Shown piece after piece: positions 52,097 to 64,000 of a stretch of DNA of 64,000 bases. The stretch is from contig OX597827.1 in assembly GCA_951406725.2 (NCBI GenBank), forward strand, positions 5,518,001-5,582,000, written 5' to 3'. The position numbers and the translations under genes are program-made. Origin of the DNA: Octopus vulgaris (lineage: Eukaryota). Numbering within the stretch: the first letter of the stretch is position 1; each line of letters opens with the position of its first letter. Below the pieces are notes generated by a model. It did not search any database and was not told the DNA's origin. It saw only the letters and a list, made by a program, of their open reading frames with translations.

Positions 52097-53483
52097 ATGT
52101 ATGCATAGCAATGCACATACTTAAAATAACATGTTTATGGGTGCAATTATTTGCTTGTATGTGTATTTCTGTGTTTAAGTGCAGATGGAGGTGTGTATAA
52201 CAATGCTATATATTATTTTTGTAATTCATTTTCATTCTTATTCTTGTAATATCATTATCAAATATTAGATAATCTTTGAGGTAGCAGCAACACCAGCAGC
52301 AGCAGCAGCAGCAGTGGTGGTGGTGGCAGCAGCGGTGGTGGTAGCGGTGGTGGTGGTGGTGGTGGTGGTGGCGGTGGTGGTGGTGGTAGTAGTAATAGTA
52401 GCCAACTTAACTTCATCACGATCATATTGAATGCTGTTATTGCACTGATAAATGGTTACTATTATCAGCACTGCTACCGCCATCAACACTACCACAACAA
52501 CCGCCACCACCATCACCACCACTACAACTACCAATACCACTGACAACCTCACCAACAACACCATCACTGTCACTGACACCACTACTGTCAATACTACTAC
52601 TACTACAACCAACAACAACAACAACAACTACATTATCACTATCAACATCACCACCACTACCATCCACATCAACACAGACAACAACACCACCTTCCCCATC
52701 ACTGTCATCAACTCCACCACCATCAACAGCAACACCACCATCACTACCACCACCACCACCATCACTACCACCACCACTCCTACCAATAACAACACAACCG
52801 ACAATACCACCACCATCAACAATCTCACCACCAGCAATACCGCCTCCACTACCATCACCACCACCACCACCATGTCTATCATCTTCCTTCTTATTTCATT
52901 ATAATAATATCTTGATTAAAAAAAAATGTAATTAGAATATCAATCTGATGGATACCCAAGTTTTAACTCAGTCTAATCATTGTTCCCATCAAGGGGCCTC
53001 TCTATCACAGGTTCCAACTCCCAAATGTATTGATATCAACAAAGAGAAATTTCTGGTAAAGCAATAAGAATCAATGAAATTCTGTAGTTCCCATTAGAAT
53101 TAATGAAAGTACTAAAAGCAAACCATCTACTCAACATACAATTAGCCTTACAAATATTTGATTAGTGCTACGATAACAGAACACCAGAGAGCTTCTGAGA
53201 ACAACCAAACTCATTCATCAATTAAAAGTAATGTAAATGATACATCGGCATTCAGTAACTGATTGCAGAAAGAAACCTCTTAAGACATTATTATCTGTTA
53301 TAGCAAGAATGCTCTAAGTAAAAGCTCCACTAGATAATTTGTGAAAGCAAACCAAAACTAGGTGATTCTGGAAAACTATAACTTAATATTTTACCACACT
53401 AGGAGTTGCTATGATAAAGTAAATGTCATTAAAATTTAACAAAAATTTGCAACGCCTTAGGAAGCTTGCTTCCACTTTCAGAG

Positions 53484-53509
53484 CTACATGTTGTGTGTCA
53501 ATGATGAAT
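53484..53509 (-). CDS. Candidate terminal coding exon of the protocadherin (D-SSLTHNM-stop)
   Basis: Acceptor cttattttcaaag is phase-1 compatible with the 53779 donor. Alternative: read-through of the donor giving GMPNYKLRTLK-stop. Based on splice signals only. Confidence 0.3.
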
Positions 53510-53778
53510 CTTTGAAAATAAGTAATTTTGATTTGAAAAGAAGTTTAAATTTTCTAAAATGTATAAAACTGTGTACATAAGGAGAAAATATATCATTTTA
53601 AAAATATTGGTTTAATGAGTTTTTGTGTCATTTTCCTTTGTTTTTGTTATTTTTGTAGTGAAATCATTTACAAACAACTGTGAAGGCATAAGATAAAAAG
53701 GTGCTAAGAATCGTTAAATTACATGAATAAAATGTTGGTACATCTATTTGAGTGTTCTTAATTTGTAATTTGGCATAC

Positions 53779-53923
53779 CTGGAAGCTCTTCATAGTGTCC
53801 TGTGTCACCTTCACTTAAACCATGTCCACTATCAGCACAAGAAGATATTGCAGATAATTCACTAATACGTTCTGGGACTGTAACTGTATTGTCTTTTTTA
53901 CCAACACCAGATGTCACTGAAGA
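53779..53923 (-). CDS. Protocadherin cytoplasmic exon (not in ORF track)
   Basis: Hand translation SSVTSGVGKKDNTVTVPERISELSAISSCADSGHGLSEGDTGHYEELP(G); DSGHG resembles the protocadherin CM1 motif. Polypyrimidine tract upstream; donor CAG|GTATGC at 53779/53778; 145 nt, phase 0 in and phase 1 out. Confidence 0.78.
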
Positions 53924-54066
53924 CTCATGTGAAGAAAAGGAGAGAAGTTTCAGAAAACAACCTCACAAAATACAAAAATCTGATTTGCATGATAAGATTA
54001 CAAGAATCTGATTATAGAAAAAATATACACATCATTGCATAATGGGATACCATGCATATCACACAA

Positions 54067-54458
54067 AGTGGAGGCGCAATGGCCCAGTGGTTAGGGCAGT
54101 GGACTCGCGGTCGTAAGATCGCGGTTTCGATTCCCAGACCGGGCGTTGTGAGTGTTTATTGAGCGAAAACACCTAAAAGCTCCACGAGGCTCTGGCAAGG
54201 GGATGGTGGTGATCCCTGCTGTACTCTTTCACCACAACTTTCTCTCACCTCTTACTTCCTGTTTCTGTTGTACCTGTATTTCAAGGGGCCGGCCTTGTCA
54301 CTCTCTGTGTCACGCTGAATATCCCCGAGAACTACGTTAAGGGTACACGTGTCTGTGGAGTGCTCAGCCAACTTACACGTTAATTTCATGAGCAGGCTGT
54401 TCCGTTGATTCGGATCAACCGGAACCCTCATCATCGTAACCGACAGAGTGCTTCTATC
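54067..54458 (+). mobile_element. SINE family D, full length, in the protocadherin intron, with 12-bp target-site duplication
   Basis: A box TGGCCCAGTGG, B box GGTTTCGATTCC; CATATCACACAA at 54055-54066 and 54459-54470. Headless copy 13877-14197(-); variant 15070-15450(-). Confidence 0.9.
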
Positions 54459-55942
54459 CATATCACACAAGAAGGCATCATACTGAATAATATAACAGTT
54501 ATGATAACATGGTTGTAAAACAGCATATCATTTATAAAAATATTATATATTGTGTTTTTCCCATGATGCTTAGGTGTTGCTCGCAAGAATGATCTGGTGG
54601 CTTGTACCACAGTTCCACAAATTGTTTTAGGTGTCTATGTTGCCATAAGCAGGTATGTATATACTTTCAGCCTTTCTAATCTTGTCTCAAGTGAACATTA
54701 TGACCATGACAGCTCGAGAGAAAGAGGTCAGCAGCTATTAATTTTCATCTGAGTAAACGTGAGCAGCATGAAATGATGACTTGCCCAAAGACGATGCAAT
54801 GTCTAGCCAAGGAATCATACACATGACCTTATGACCATGAGCCCAACATCTTAACCATTAGGCCACATGCTTCTACTCCTCAATAACATGCAGTAAAACA
54901 GTATATTATTTATGAAAAGATAAAATATTACACACTCTGTCACCCCTGCCATCATAAATACCACTAAGAAACATAATCATGAATATTATAATTAAATAGC
55001 AAATAGATGGTTATGCTTTTGTTTTATTTTTCTTACTTTTATCAGTAGCTCTCCCTTTAAACAACTATTTTCCTGAAGTTTTAAATCCGTCTTTAATTCA
55101 TTTGTTAATGGAAACTATTCCTTCTATTCTCATCTTATGCTCCACATCACTATAGTCTTCACCTTACAAGCAGCACTTATTTCCTTAACTACACTTGGCT
55201 CATTATACCAGAGACTCACTTTATAGATATACCACATTATACTCATAATAAGGTGTGGGAAGATATATTAATCTAATTTCAGTGATGAGGGAAATATTTT
55301 TGACAAAGTCTATATTTTCCACTATAGTTTTACAACCACAAAGTTCCATACTTCCCAGTTCCTCTCCTTGCATTTTACTCTTTCAGATGAAAAGTAAAAC
55401 CTAAACCAGAAAAATATCATCTTAAAAATATTGTTTCACATAACATGATATCACACAGCAGGATATCATGTAAGTCATTGTACAATATAACGTTATATCA
55501 GATGTCATCATCATATGGCATGACTTCACATAACAACAATACTATATATGAAATCTTTATAACATGAGATGCATTGAAATTTTAGAAACATATTAACTGC
55601 CTGCAGTCCTAAAGTTGTATTATTTGAATTAAGAAAATGAGAAATGCTAATTATTTTTAATTTAAGTTTGCATCATATTAAAATAAGAATTAATTAATTA
55701 CCTTTCATTACAAGAAGAAAAACAAAAAACTTTTCCATAGAATTATTGAAAAATTCTAATAAAATGTTCATCAATGAAAGCATGACTTAAAGGTGAGAGT
55801 ATTTTAATTTGCCTTCTGTTATGTAAATAACTTTAAATTAGTTGAGTGTAGAATTGTTTAATGTATGCCTAGAGGTTTTGTTGTATATATTTCACAATCT
55901 TCCATACATAGATGTAGCTGTATCATTATTTTAAGGACATAC

Positions 55943-58375
55943 CTGATGTGTCCATTCTGTAATATCCTGGAGATGTATTCCTGAATTTGAAACTTTCCAA
56001 CTATGTCCTGATTCATAACCTGACTGCGGTTCTCGTCTTGGTAATGTTGATTGTGAATTTCTTGTATTGGCAAGATCTGTTACCATAGTAACTGGGGCAT
56101 CATATTGAGGTGATATTTGTTCACAAACATAACCTGATTGTATTCTTTGATCTAAAAATTTGTTAGAATCATTCACACCACCATGATATTGGACATTTCG
56201 GCGATTTTTTCTATGAATAATACAGATTGCCATAGAAACTACAATAGCTATTGATATTATTACAGCCGCAACTACAATAATAATCACAAGGTTTAGATGT
56301 ATTTTATCATCTGACTGTGTGTCTATTGCTGTGAACATTTTTGAAGTCTTATTACTAACAGTCAGTATCAGTGAAAGATAAGTTGTTGCAGAGAGCACTG
56401 GTATTCCACCATCTTTCACAACAAGTTGAAGATCATACGATCCAGCATCATTTTGATAGACAGGTCGTGAAAAAGACATCACACCTGTGTATGGGTTCAC
56501 TGTGAACAATTGTTTATCATTTCCCCCTTGAATTTCATATCGTAGAAAAGCATTGACATGACTGTCTCTGTCAGAGGCTCTTAATGTTGTGATGTCATGC
56601 GTGCTTTTGGGTTGGTAATAAATATCCAGTCTGAAAGGGTTGACACTAGGAAATGTAAAATAAGGAGCATTATCATTTTCATCCATGACTTCCACAACAA
56701 CCTTTGCAGTATTGTTAAGTGATGGTGAACCATTGTCTTTTACTATAACTTGCAATTCATAAATATCTTGCTTCTCTCGATCTAGCGATTGTGTTGTTGA
56801 AATAAATCCAAAATTAGAAATCTTAAATGGAAGCATGTTTCCTTTATTGCTGAACAAAAAATATGACAGTTGACCTCCAGCTCCCAGATCAGGATCAGTA
56901 ACTTTTATGAAGCCAATCGGAAAATTTGGCTTCTCGTTTTCATAGGTAAGAAATTTGAAAGTGTCTTTCATAAATTTGGGTTGCATATCATTGATGTCAG
57001 TGACTTGAATCGAAAACATTTTAGTTGTTTCCAGAGATGGTGAACCTTCGTCTTCACATACAATTGTAAAATTTATATGGCTCTCAGTTTCTCTGTTTAC
57101 TTGACTCTTTATTACAACCTTGTATTTGTTTTTCCCTAAGCTTTGAAGTTGCAGTTTATCATGACGAAGACTGCACGACACTTCTCCGTTATGTCCGCTG
57201 TCACTGTCAGTTACCTTCACATAGGCTATGAAACTACCAACTTTGACACCCTCTGAAATAGTAACTTTGTTGCCTTTAGATTTGGAAACAAATTTCATTT
57301 CTATTTGTGGTGCGTTATTTTGCTGGTTGATCACATTTATAAGAACAATTGTAGTTGAACTTAAAGGTGGAACTCCACTATCAGTTGCTTCAATGAAGAG
57401 CTTATATTTTTGCCTTCGTTCAAAAGAAAAGTTGTCCCATAGGAAAATTTCTCCAGTTTGTTCATTTAGGTTAAAATATGTTTTTGCAAGTTCTGAAGTT
57501 TCAGAGCTAAAATGATATGTAATTTGGCCATTTTTTCCATGATCTAAATCATTAGCAGACAAAGTAAGAATCGGTATATTTTTCTGGTGTTGATTATTGA
57601 TAGTAACATTGTATGTATTTTGAGTGAAAATTGGTGAATTGTCATTTTCATCTTTAATGTCTATTAGAACTTTTAAAATTCCTTGTTTCGAAGGAGATCC
57701 TCCATCGTTTGCAATAACACGGATACTGTAGTTGTTCTTCTGCTCTCTGTCAAGCTTTTCTTTCAGAATGATACCAAGTTTTGATGTTCCATCGACTTTT
57801 TTGGAAACTGATAAAATGAATGGGTCACTCACACTCTTGTCAAGTCGATAAGAAATTTTAGAATTAGAGATACCATAATCTCTATCAACAGCATTTGGTA
57901 TTGATTTAGTTGTACCTTTGCCATCTGTTTCTGAGAACTGGAGATGGATCTCTTTATTTGGAAACATTGGAGAGTAGTCATTGATATCTTCAATGACTAT
58001 TTTGATTTCTAATATTTTGAAGAATGACAACTTATGTTGAACTGCAACTTCTACCATTTTAGAACATTTAGCATTATATTTGCACAGAGACTCAGTATCC
58101 AAGATTTGAGCTGTATATAGTTTCCCTACTTCAGTCACATTAAATAGGTGGTTATTTCCGTTCAAGTTTTCATGTAATTGACTGAATGTAATCAAATTCC
58201 TGTCTTGATGTGGAAAACTGTCAGCAAATTGTGTATCAGCAGCTATGTCCCCAATGTAAGTTCCTGGGGACATTCCTTCTTCTACATAGTAGATAAGGTC
58301 TACACAATGAGAAGGTTCTAGAAGAAACAGCCATAAACACAGCTGAGCCAACATAACCTTGTGGAAATTTTTCAT
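55943..58375 (-). CDS. Protocadherin, large coding exon (signal peptide, six cadherin repeats, transmembrane helix, start of cytoplasmic tail)
   Basis: 814-aa ORF. Signal peptide MKNFHKVMLAQLCLWLFLLEPSHC; cadherin motifs DINDYSP, LDREQK, DENDNSP, DINDMQP, LDREKQ, DENDNAP, AxDxD; TM LVIIIVVAAVIISIAIVVSMAICII. Acceptor ttttaatttattctag directly precedes the ATG at 58375. A phase-0 donor CAG|GTATGT at 55943/55942 means the ORF's last residues (VCP*) are probably intronic. Confidence 0.96.
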
Positions 58376-58640
58376 CTAGAATAAATTAAAACCATTTCAA
58401 TCAGTGCTTTCAGAAATTACAACTACACATGAAAAGTTGGTATATTAGACAGACTTCTAAGATCTCATGGTTATTTTAACAAATAATAATAATAATAATA
58501 ATATATGCTCATGTTGCCTTTGTAAATACAAACAACTACAAAATAATGTGTTTTTTTGAAATATTTCCAAACACAAAATTATCTTTTCATTATTGACAAA
58601 GATGGAATTGTTGAGAAGAAAGTATGAAATAAGAAGGAGG

Positions 58641-58783
<143 letters not shown>

Positions 58784-59284
58784 AATATGTTTATACATAT
58801 AAAGATAAAAATATTAGCTCTGTTTCTTTCTTTCTTTTTTCTTTTCTTTCCTTCCTATTATTGAGCAAAGGCAACAATTACAATCCATTTTGCCAGAAAG
58901 AAACTTTACAGCAATTCAAAATGCTTAGTTCCCCACATCTTTCTCATGCTGTTTGTAAGCTTTTGAAATGTGCATTTCTGTTGTCATTAAAAGATCTTTT
59001 CACAGGAAAATTGTAGAGAAAGGAAACGAATTTAGGAAAACGTGCTTGTTAAAAAGATAAGAAAAATATAAAAAAAGGAAACATTCTTACAGTTGATTTG
59101 AAAGACTTGAAAGCTTACAAAAATGACAGCATATTTCACTATTGAAAATATCTTTATTATATACATTAAAATAATACATCACACATTTCAATTCTTGTTT
59201 GGTTAAATGTGTGTGCATTATTCTTTTAAAACAAGCTTATTATATACATTTTTATATATGCATATCTATCTATTTATCTATCTA

Positions 59285-59412
<128 letters not shown>

Positions 59413-60337
59413 TGTATATATATAATTTTAATGCTGTTTACAAGAGAAAATCTCTTATCTGTATTGTGTACACTGGAATGTAAACTAGCCAAGAGTTTTC
59501 TTATTGAAAACTACTGAACAGCAAGAATAATAATAACAATAGTAATAATTATAAGAAACAATATGATAGAGAAGTGGAACAAGAAACGGAAGGAAGAAGA
59601 AAAGGAAGAAAAGAGGAAAATGGAGGGGAAAAGATGAAGAAAGAATGAGAGGTAAAGAGAAAATAGAGAAGGAGGAAGAATAATCAAATAGATAATACTT
59701 TAATAACAATAACAGATTTACATAGTTAAGATAACATCAAAATCTTGTCAAAAGAAATCTTGATAATGTAGTTTTAACAAAAAGTTTTTAAAAAAACCAT
59801 TCAGGTGTTATTAACAAACATTTTGACAGCTAAGAAAATAAACGATTGTAAAGTTGCAAGATATTAATTCACTTTTACTTTAAGAGATGGGTGGAATGAA
59901 CCAAATCAAGAAAATACTTTAAAAACTAGAGACTTAATAGAAATTTAAAAAAAAAAAAATACTACTTTATTTTGCAAAATTAAATTAAAAATTACTAATA
60001 AAATTGAAGTAAAAGAAGATGCATTGGGCAAAAAATAAAGAAAAGAAATTCTTAATAAAAGAACAAAAAACTTCCATTTTATTAGTTTTCAGTGCAATAT
60101 GAATCAGTCCTACGTGTATTTGAAGTATGATTTTTTTTTACATTTTTGGTATATGTACATATATTCACAAAGATAAATGCCAATGTTTTATGTGCTTCAT
60201 ATATATATATATATTAATATACATACTCAAATGTATACACACACTTACACACACACACACACACACATATATGCATATTAATAAACAAATACACATGAGT
60301 GTGTGTGCAGGTGCTTGCATGAATGCAAGCACCTGTT

Positions 60338-60368
<31 letters not shown>

Positions 60369-61059
60369 TTGTGTACGTCTGTGAATAAAGAACAAGCATA
60401 TAACTAGTTAAATCTGTTTGAAATTAAATTGCTTTTTTAGAATTAAACACCTAGCAATTACATTACAGAAAATTCTTCAGAAGTCCAAGTTAATTAATGA
60501 CAGAATTTTTTTTTTTCCAACTTTTTTTTTAATATTTTTGGACAAACATAAATATATTTTCAAAAATCTCAGTAGTTAATACTGCATAAAAATAGTAAAT
60601 TATTTCACAAAGTGATATTTATATATAAGAATTTAAATATCTTTTTAAGTATAACTTTTTATGTTGATGTGTTAGAGTTTCTAGAGTATCAAATTACTTT
60701 TATTTTAAACAGGTTGACTGTATGTTGCAAATGAACAATTCTATCTACATATATGAATTTCTCAAGCAGATAAACTTTGCACTTTATATACAGACTTTTC
60801 AATAGGATGACATGCCAACACACAGATCAATAACATACTGCAATGGCACGTATTTCTTAGATATTTCTTAACAGATTGATGCATAACTTTAGACAAGCTT
60901 ATATAGCCTTATGGGCTAGAGTAACAGAGGGTATTTAGTATAATTTACAAAAAAAACAAAACAGCCGCCTGTGTTATTTTATAAACTGAGTATGCTTAGT
61001 CTGTTATGTGATATATATTATACTGTGATGATAATAATAATAATAATAATAATAATAAT

Positions 61060-61121
<62 letters not shown>

Positions 61122-61381
61122 TAATAATAATAATAACAACAACAATATCTACTTCTCCCATTAGGAGTACAAAACACAAACAAGCAGGTAAGTAAATAGA
61201 CTATATTATTCACAATGTTATGATAAAAGAAATTTTATAGAAAGAAAATACACATGATTAGTGACTGACAATACAAGATATGATATTTTACAATTAATGA
61301 TTGTTAGTGTATTATTAGTATTGTATGTATATGTGTGAAAGAGAATGAATGGTATAAAAATTAGCAAGAAAAGCTACTCAC

Positions 61382-61530
61382 CAATGCAGATAAAATCCTC
61401 CAAAGTTTATCGTTAGATGTGATGTGTATCCTGCTGTAGAGTTAGTTCTATCGTTACTACTGCTGATATGTGCTGCCAGTACAGTGTGGCTTGGTCTGTG
61501 TTGTTGTGTGAATATGGGAGAGTGGTCCGC
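61382..61530 (-). other. Probable non-coding first exon (5' UTR) of the protocadherin; upstream boundary approximate
   Basis: Strong donor TTG|GTGAGT at 61382/61381 in a unique, GC-richer island just downstream of CCAAT/CACCC boxes; no ATG in frame with the coding exon, whose ATG directly follows an acceptor. Confidence 0.6.
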
Positions 61531-61567
61531 AGCTCTACCAAATAGGGTGTGTATGTAATGTTTGCTG

Positions 61568-61627
61568 CAGCCAATCATTGGCTGTTTGTGGTTCCTATGG
61601 AAGGGAAATAAAAACCCTGCCCACCCC
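61568..61627 (-). promoter_or_regulatory. Putative protocadherin promoter: inverted CCAAT pair plus CACCC/GC box
   Basis: CAGCCAAT-C-ATTGGCTG (61568-61584, perfect 8-bp arms) and CCCTGCCCACCCC (61615-61627), about 190-245 nt upstream of the 61382 donor. Confidence 0.6.
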
Positions 61628-61876
61628 TAACTCTCAAAACACACAAGTAGATTAAATGAAGAGTTGATCGAATTCAAATAATATTTGTGAATGTCTCCAT
61701 ACAAGTTCATGTTTATGAATTTATAGATATGCTATGTGTTTATACACACAAAACTACTGCATGCACACACACACACACACACAGGTTGTACCTGTGAACA
61801 TGTGCTTGTGTCGAGATGTAAATTGCCAGATATAGAAGCTAACAAAAATGTATTAAGGTATACATTTGTTCACACA

Positions 61877-61911
<35 letters not shown>

Positions 61912-62413
61912 CACACACACATACACACACACAGACGCACGTGTACACATACACATACATACTCACACACACATAAATATATAGAGAGAAAGATACAAAC
62001 ATTCATATACACACATGCACAAATATATATATAGACACACACACACATGTACATACACATATGTATATATACATAGGCAGGCATATACACATATACACGT
62101 ATAAATGCATATATTGTTTATATCATGTGTGTGTCTATCTGTATATATATGTGTGCATGTGCAATACACGCATACACACACATGTGCATCAGTGAATGAA
62201 TGTGTATATATGAGTATATACATATATCTCTCTTTATATAAACAGTGCTTATTTACTTTTGTAACAAATTATAAACATAACTTGTGTGCACACAATAGTG
62301 TCAAGCATACTCACACACAAACAATGATTGCTGCACACATGCAAACATATATACATACATATGTGAGTGTGTATATATATATATTTTTTCTGTTCTTTAA
62401 TTTCTTATACATA

Positions 62414-62449
<36 letters not shown>

Positions 62450-62539
62450 TGTATGTATGTATGTATGTATGTATGTATGTATGTATGTATGTGTGTATGT
62501 GTGTGTGTGTATGTATGTATGTATGTATGTATGTATGTA

Positions 62540-62574
<35 letters not shown>

Positions 62575-62869
62575 TTGTATGTATGTACACAGACACACTT
62601 TCACACACAGAAACAGACTGATGGAATGGAGGAGGAGGGGTTAGAGGAGGAAAAATAGAATGGGAAAATTTCAAGATACATATGTACAGTCAATTGATCT
62701 AAGTTAATCTTATGCATTAATTGGCTATTTCATTCTCCACTTGAAATTAGTTTTTTAATAAAAGCTAATTATAAATTACCCTTCAGAGTAAAATCTATTG
62801 AATTCTAGATGAAAAAAAAAAAAGATGAGCAAACAACAAATAATATATCTAAAATAGCTTCAAGAACAA

Positions 62870-62912
<43 letters not shown>

Positions 62913-63294
62913 GCCTGTTACTTTTAATTCACAGAAAAAGAAACACACACACACACACACACACACATACATGATTTAAACTAGAATTTCATTGTAGTCT
63001 GCATTTTGACTTATTTTTCTATCCACATGTTATACAAAGTTTAATAACATACAAGATCTGAAATGTTAACCTCTGAAACGATTATTACTAATAATGCATA
63101 CCAAAGTTAAAGAATAAAATAACAAAAAAACATATTTAAAAACAAAAAAAAAATACAAGGCAAAGCAAAAAAAAAGGTGAAAAAAAAGCCTCAATCTTAT
63201 CTTGCCCTTCACTTCAGTATCACATGGGAATTAATGGTCAGCAGACAAAATAAAAGTTGTTCTCTTTTGCATAACTAATATAATTATTGTCGTT

Positions 63295-63331
<37 letters not shown>

Positions 63332-63803
63332 CCACTGAGGTGGCAAGTGGACAGAATTGTTAATGCATTGAATGAAATGCTCAGGTTTTTTTCTTTTTTC
63401 TATGTTCTGACTTTGATTTCTGCTGAGATTAGCCTTACCTCTCATCCTTTTGGGAGGGGTCAATAAAATAAGTACTAGTTGAATACTGGGAAGCAATGTA
63501 ATTGGCATACCCCCACCTCCTAAAATTGCTGGCCTTGTGCTAAAATTTGAAACCACCACCATCACCACTACCCCACCGCCATTACCCTTTCCCTGCAACC
63601 ATCATTCTCTATACACTTTACTCTTTTACTTGTTTCAGTCATTTGACTGCGGCCATGCTGGAGCACCGCCTTTTTTTAGTCTAGCAAATCGACCCCGGGA
63701 CTTATTCTATCAGTCTCTTTTGCCGAACTGCTAAGTGACGGGGACGTCAACACACCAGCATCGGTTGTCAAGCAATGCTAGGGGGACAAACACAGACACA
63801 CAA

Positions 63804-63852
<49 letters not shown>

Positions 63853-64000
63853 TACGACAGGCTTCTTTCAGTTTCCGTCTACCAAATCCACTCACAAGGC
63901 ATTGGTCGGCCCGGGGCTAGAGCAGAAGAGACTTGCCCAAGATGCCACACAGTGGGACTGAACCCCGAACCATGTGGCTGGTTAGCAAGCTACTTACCAC

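Noticed and set aside
54069-54140. tRNA-like sequences here and at other SINE heads
   Set aside because: A and B boxes are present, but there is no complete acceptor stem and each continues into a SINE body; they are not tRNA genes.
57228-57515. 95-aa antisense ORF inside the protocadherin exon
   Set aside because: Shadow ORF of the coding strand with no independent features.
59091-59138. Possible 48-nt extra 5' UTR exon of the protocadherin (tattttcaatag ... |gtaaga)
   Set aside because: Splice-like signals only, in very AT-rich sequence; not supportable without transcript data.

Overview
AT-rich, microsatellite- and transposon-dense animal genomic DNA, most consistent with an octopus/coleoid cephalopod (inferred from the protocadherin type and the repeat families; no database search was possible). 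One host gene is supported: a minus-strand protocadherin. It has a 2.4-kb ectodomain/TM exon (58375-55943) flanked by consensus splice sites, a hidden cytoplasmic exon (53923-53779) carrying a DSGHG (CM1-like) motif, a probable non-coding first exon ending at 61382, and a promoter with a palindromic double CCAAT box. The rest is mobile DNA: a 5'-truncated Penelope-like element (GIY-YIG), degenerate RTE, CR1 and I-like LINEs, hAT, mariner and Helitron remnants, piggyBac-type MITEs, a HINE-like element and at least five SINE families. The most unusual signal is about ten minimal hammerhead-ribozyme motifs in short, mostly (TA)n-flanked Penelope-type pseudo-LTRs. These include a tRNA-headed SINE that carries a hammerhead and was inserted with an inverted copy of its own tail inside one target-site duplication, which suggests a Pol III SINE mobilised by Penelope machinery. 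Most ORFs in the supplied track are microsatellite artefacts.
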